This document shows, piece after piece, positions 56,425-57,406 of a stretch of DNA of 57,406 nucleotides. Source of the DNA: a virus (lineage: Duplodnaviria > Caudoviricetes). The notes below the pieces were generated by a model. The model was not told the origin of the DNA, searched no databases, and saw only the letters and a list, made by a program, of their open reading frames with translations. The stretch lies in IMG/VR virus record IMGVR_UViG_3300044720_000010, positions 1-57,406 of that record. The stretch is one strand, 5' to 3'. A program made the position numbers and the translations under genes. Each line of letters starts with the position of its first letter. Positions within the stretch are counted from its first letter, which is position 1.

Positions 56425-56853
56425 TCATAGAGGCATCCAATGTGCTCTTAGGTAAAACGCAAGAGCTTCTAGGATTTCCGGATTATCATCGGCGTACCCT
56501 AAGATCGCGTTACATTTAGTGCATATCCAACCCCTAAATCCACCCAATGAATGCTCGTGATCCCAGTGCAAAGCTTTCTTTCCTGACGGCCTTTTGCATA
56601 CTTCACATAGCGTAGGACGTGGGCGCGGGGCTTGTGCTTCTCTAATACGCCGATTGTAGGCTTTCTTTTTAGCTAAAACTTCTTCACGGTTTGCAGCGTA
56701 TTTCATTGCATCACGTTTAGCCATTCTCTCTTTATTCCTGGCTACATACTCTTTTCTGTAAGCTATGGTACTTTCTTTAGTTTCATTTCGCTTGCTGTAA
56801 GACGCCACCTTTTCAGGGTTATTCTTTCTCCATAATCTCTTAGTTGGCGTCAT
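56425..56853 (-). CDS. Endonuclease VII-like HNH
   Basis: CEVC, WDHEH, RGWICTKCN.ILG..DDN; AT-rich; ATGA overlap. Confidence 0.85.
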   Translation of the reverse strand: MTPTKRLWRKNNPEKVASYSKRNETKESTIAYRKEYVARNKERMAKRDAMKYAANREEVLAKKKAYNRRIREAQAPRPRPTLCEVCKRPSGKKALHWDHEHSLGGFRGWICTKCNAILGYADDNPEILEALAFYLRAHWMPL

Positions 56854-57406
56854 AGCGATAGCCCGCGTTCTGTCATCTTTAAGGGCAGGCCGCAACCAGC
56901 CGTTCCGTAGCGATTTTTCTCGACCACCAACCATCTTGGATCACGTTCTAGCCTTACCGCGCAATCGATCAAGTGCTCTAGCAGTCGCAGTCCAGCATGG
57001 GCGCCGCTCTTGGTCTCATGGCACACAAGCGCCACGGCCACGCGCCTATCCCTGGCGTGTGCGACCGCTGCCCTAGTGGCCGCGACTGCATCCGGCCGCA
57101 TCGTTTGGATGCTGTCAACGATCAGCAGATCCGCATCGCCAGCGGCCGCTAGCGCTTCCCCTATCTCATCGGTAGCTAAAAGCTCCATATCCGGCCGTAG
57201 GCCAAGCCTAAGCGCCCTGGCCGCTACTTGGCTTAGTTCCTCTTCTGCGCTCACATACAGGCTTCCACGGACGCCACTAGCCGCTTGCGCCAACAGCGAC
57301 GATTTTCCGGCGCCGGGCGCACCGTGAAACATGACCGTTCCGCCACGGACAAACCCGCCGCCCAACACTGAGTCGAGCCAGGGCAACCGAGTAAGGATGC
57401 GACTCA
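56850..57406 (-). CDS. Minimal RadA/Sms-like ATPase (start spans window junction)
   Basis: LDSVLGGG, GAPGAGKS, LYVSAEE, VDSIQT, LEHLID, KNRYG. Confidence 0.85.
   Translation of the reverse strand, partial: SRILTRLPWLDSVLGGGFVRGGTVMFHGAPGAGKSSLLAQAASGVRGSLYVSAEEELSQVAARALRLGLRPDMELLATDEIGEALAAAGDADLLIVDSIQTMRPDAVAATRAAVAHARDRRVAVALVCHETKSGAHAGLRLLEHLIDCAVRLERDPRWLVVEKNRYGTAGCGLPLKMTERGLSL

Larger units (their letters stand above)
1..57406. mobile_element. Temperate siphovirus genome (Chi/BcepNazgul-like), likely complete and circularly permuted
   Basis: Head, tail, lysis, replication, immunity and integration modules all present; no host genes; internal att core; end-to-start junction restores a gene start. 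Confidence 0.9.

Overview
The window is a ~57.4 kb temperate siphovirus of the Chi/BcepNazgul-like architecture with a lambda-type head, probably infecting an alphaproteobacterium (GapR homologue, DUF3309-like protein, tRNA-Phe-like att core). It appears to be a complete, circularly permuted genome: joining the last base to base 1 restores the RBS and start codon of the terminal RadA-like gene. Modules in order: cI/cro switch; early accessory operon (GapR, ParB-like, pentapeptide repeat protein, SLOG, ThyX); xis, mini HU/IHF-like gene, integrase and attP; lysis cassette; tail; head; terminase; RNR, helicase, methylase, Pol A, SSB and exonuclease; primase-helicase; putative ori and cos; HNH and RadA-like genes. 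The most notable oddities are an armless HU/IHF-like gene coupled between xis and int, a tail protein with eight 22-23 aa repeats next to a small beta-rich partner, a B-lectin domain inside the tail hub, a circularly permuted SPRY-like domain on the distal tail protein, one domain shared by the tail tube and head decoration proteins, a GTA-like head-spike cassette between portal and protease, a minimal RadA, and a recurrent C-terminal DDL/DEL tail. All family calls come from motif recognition by eye; no database searches were run.
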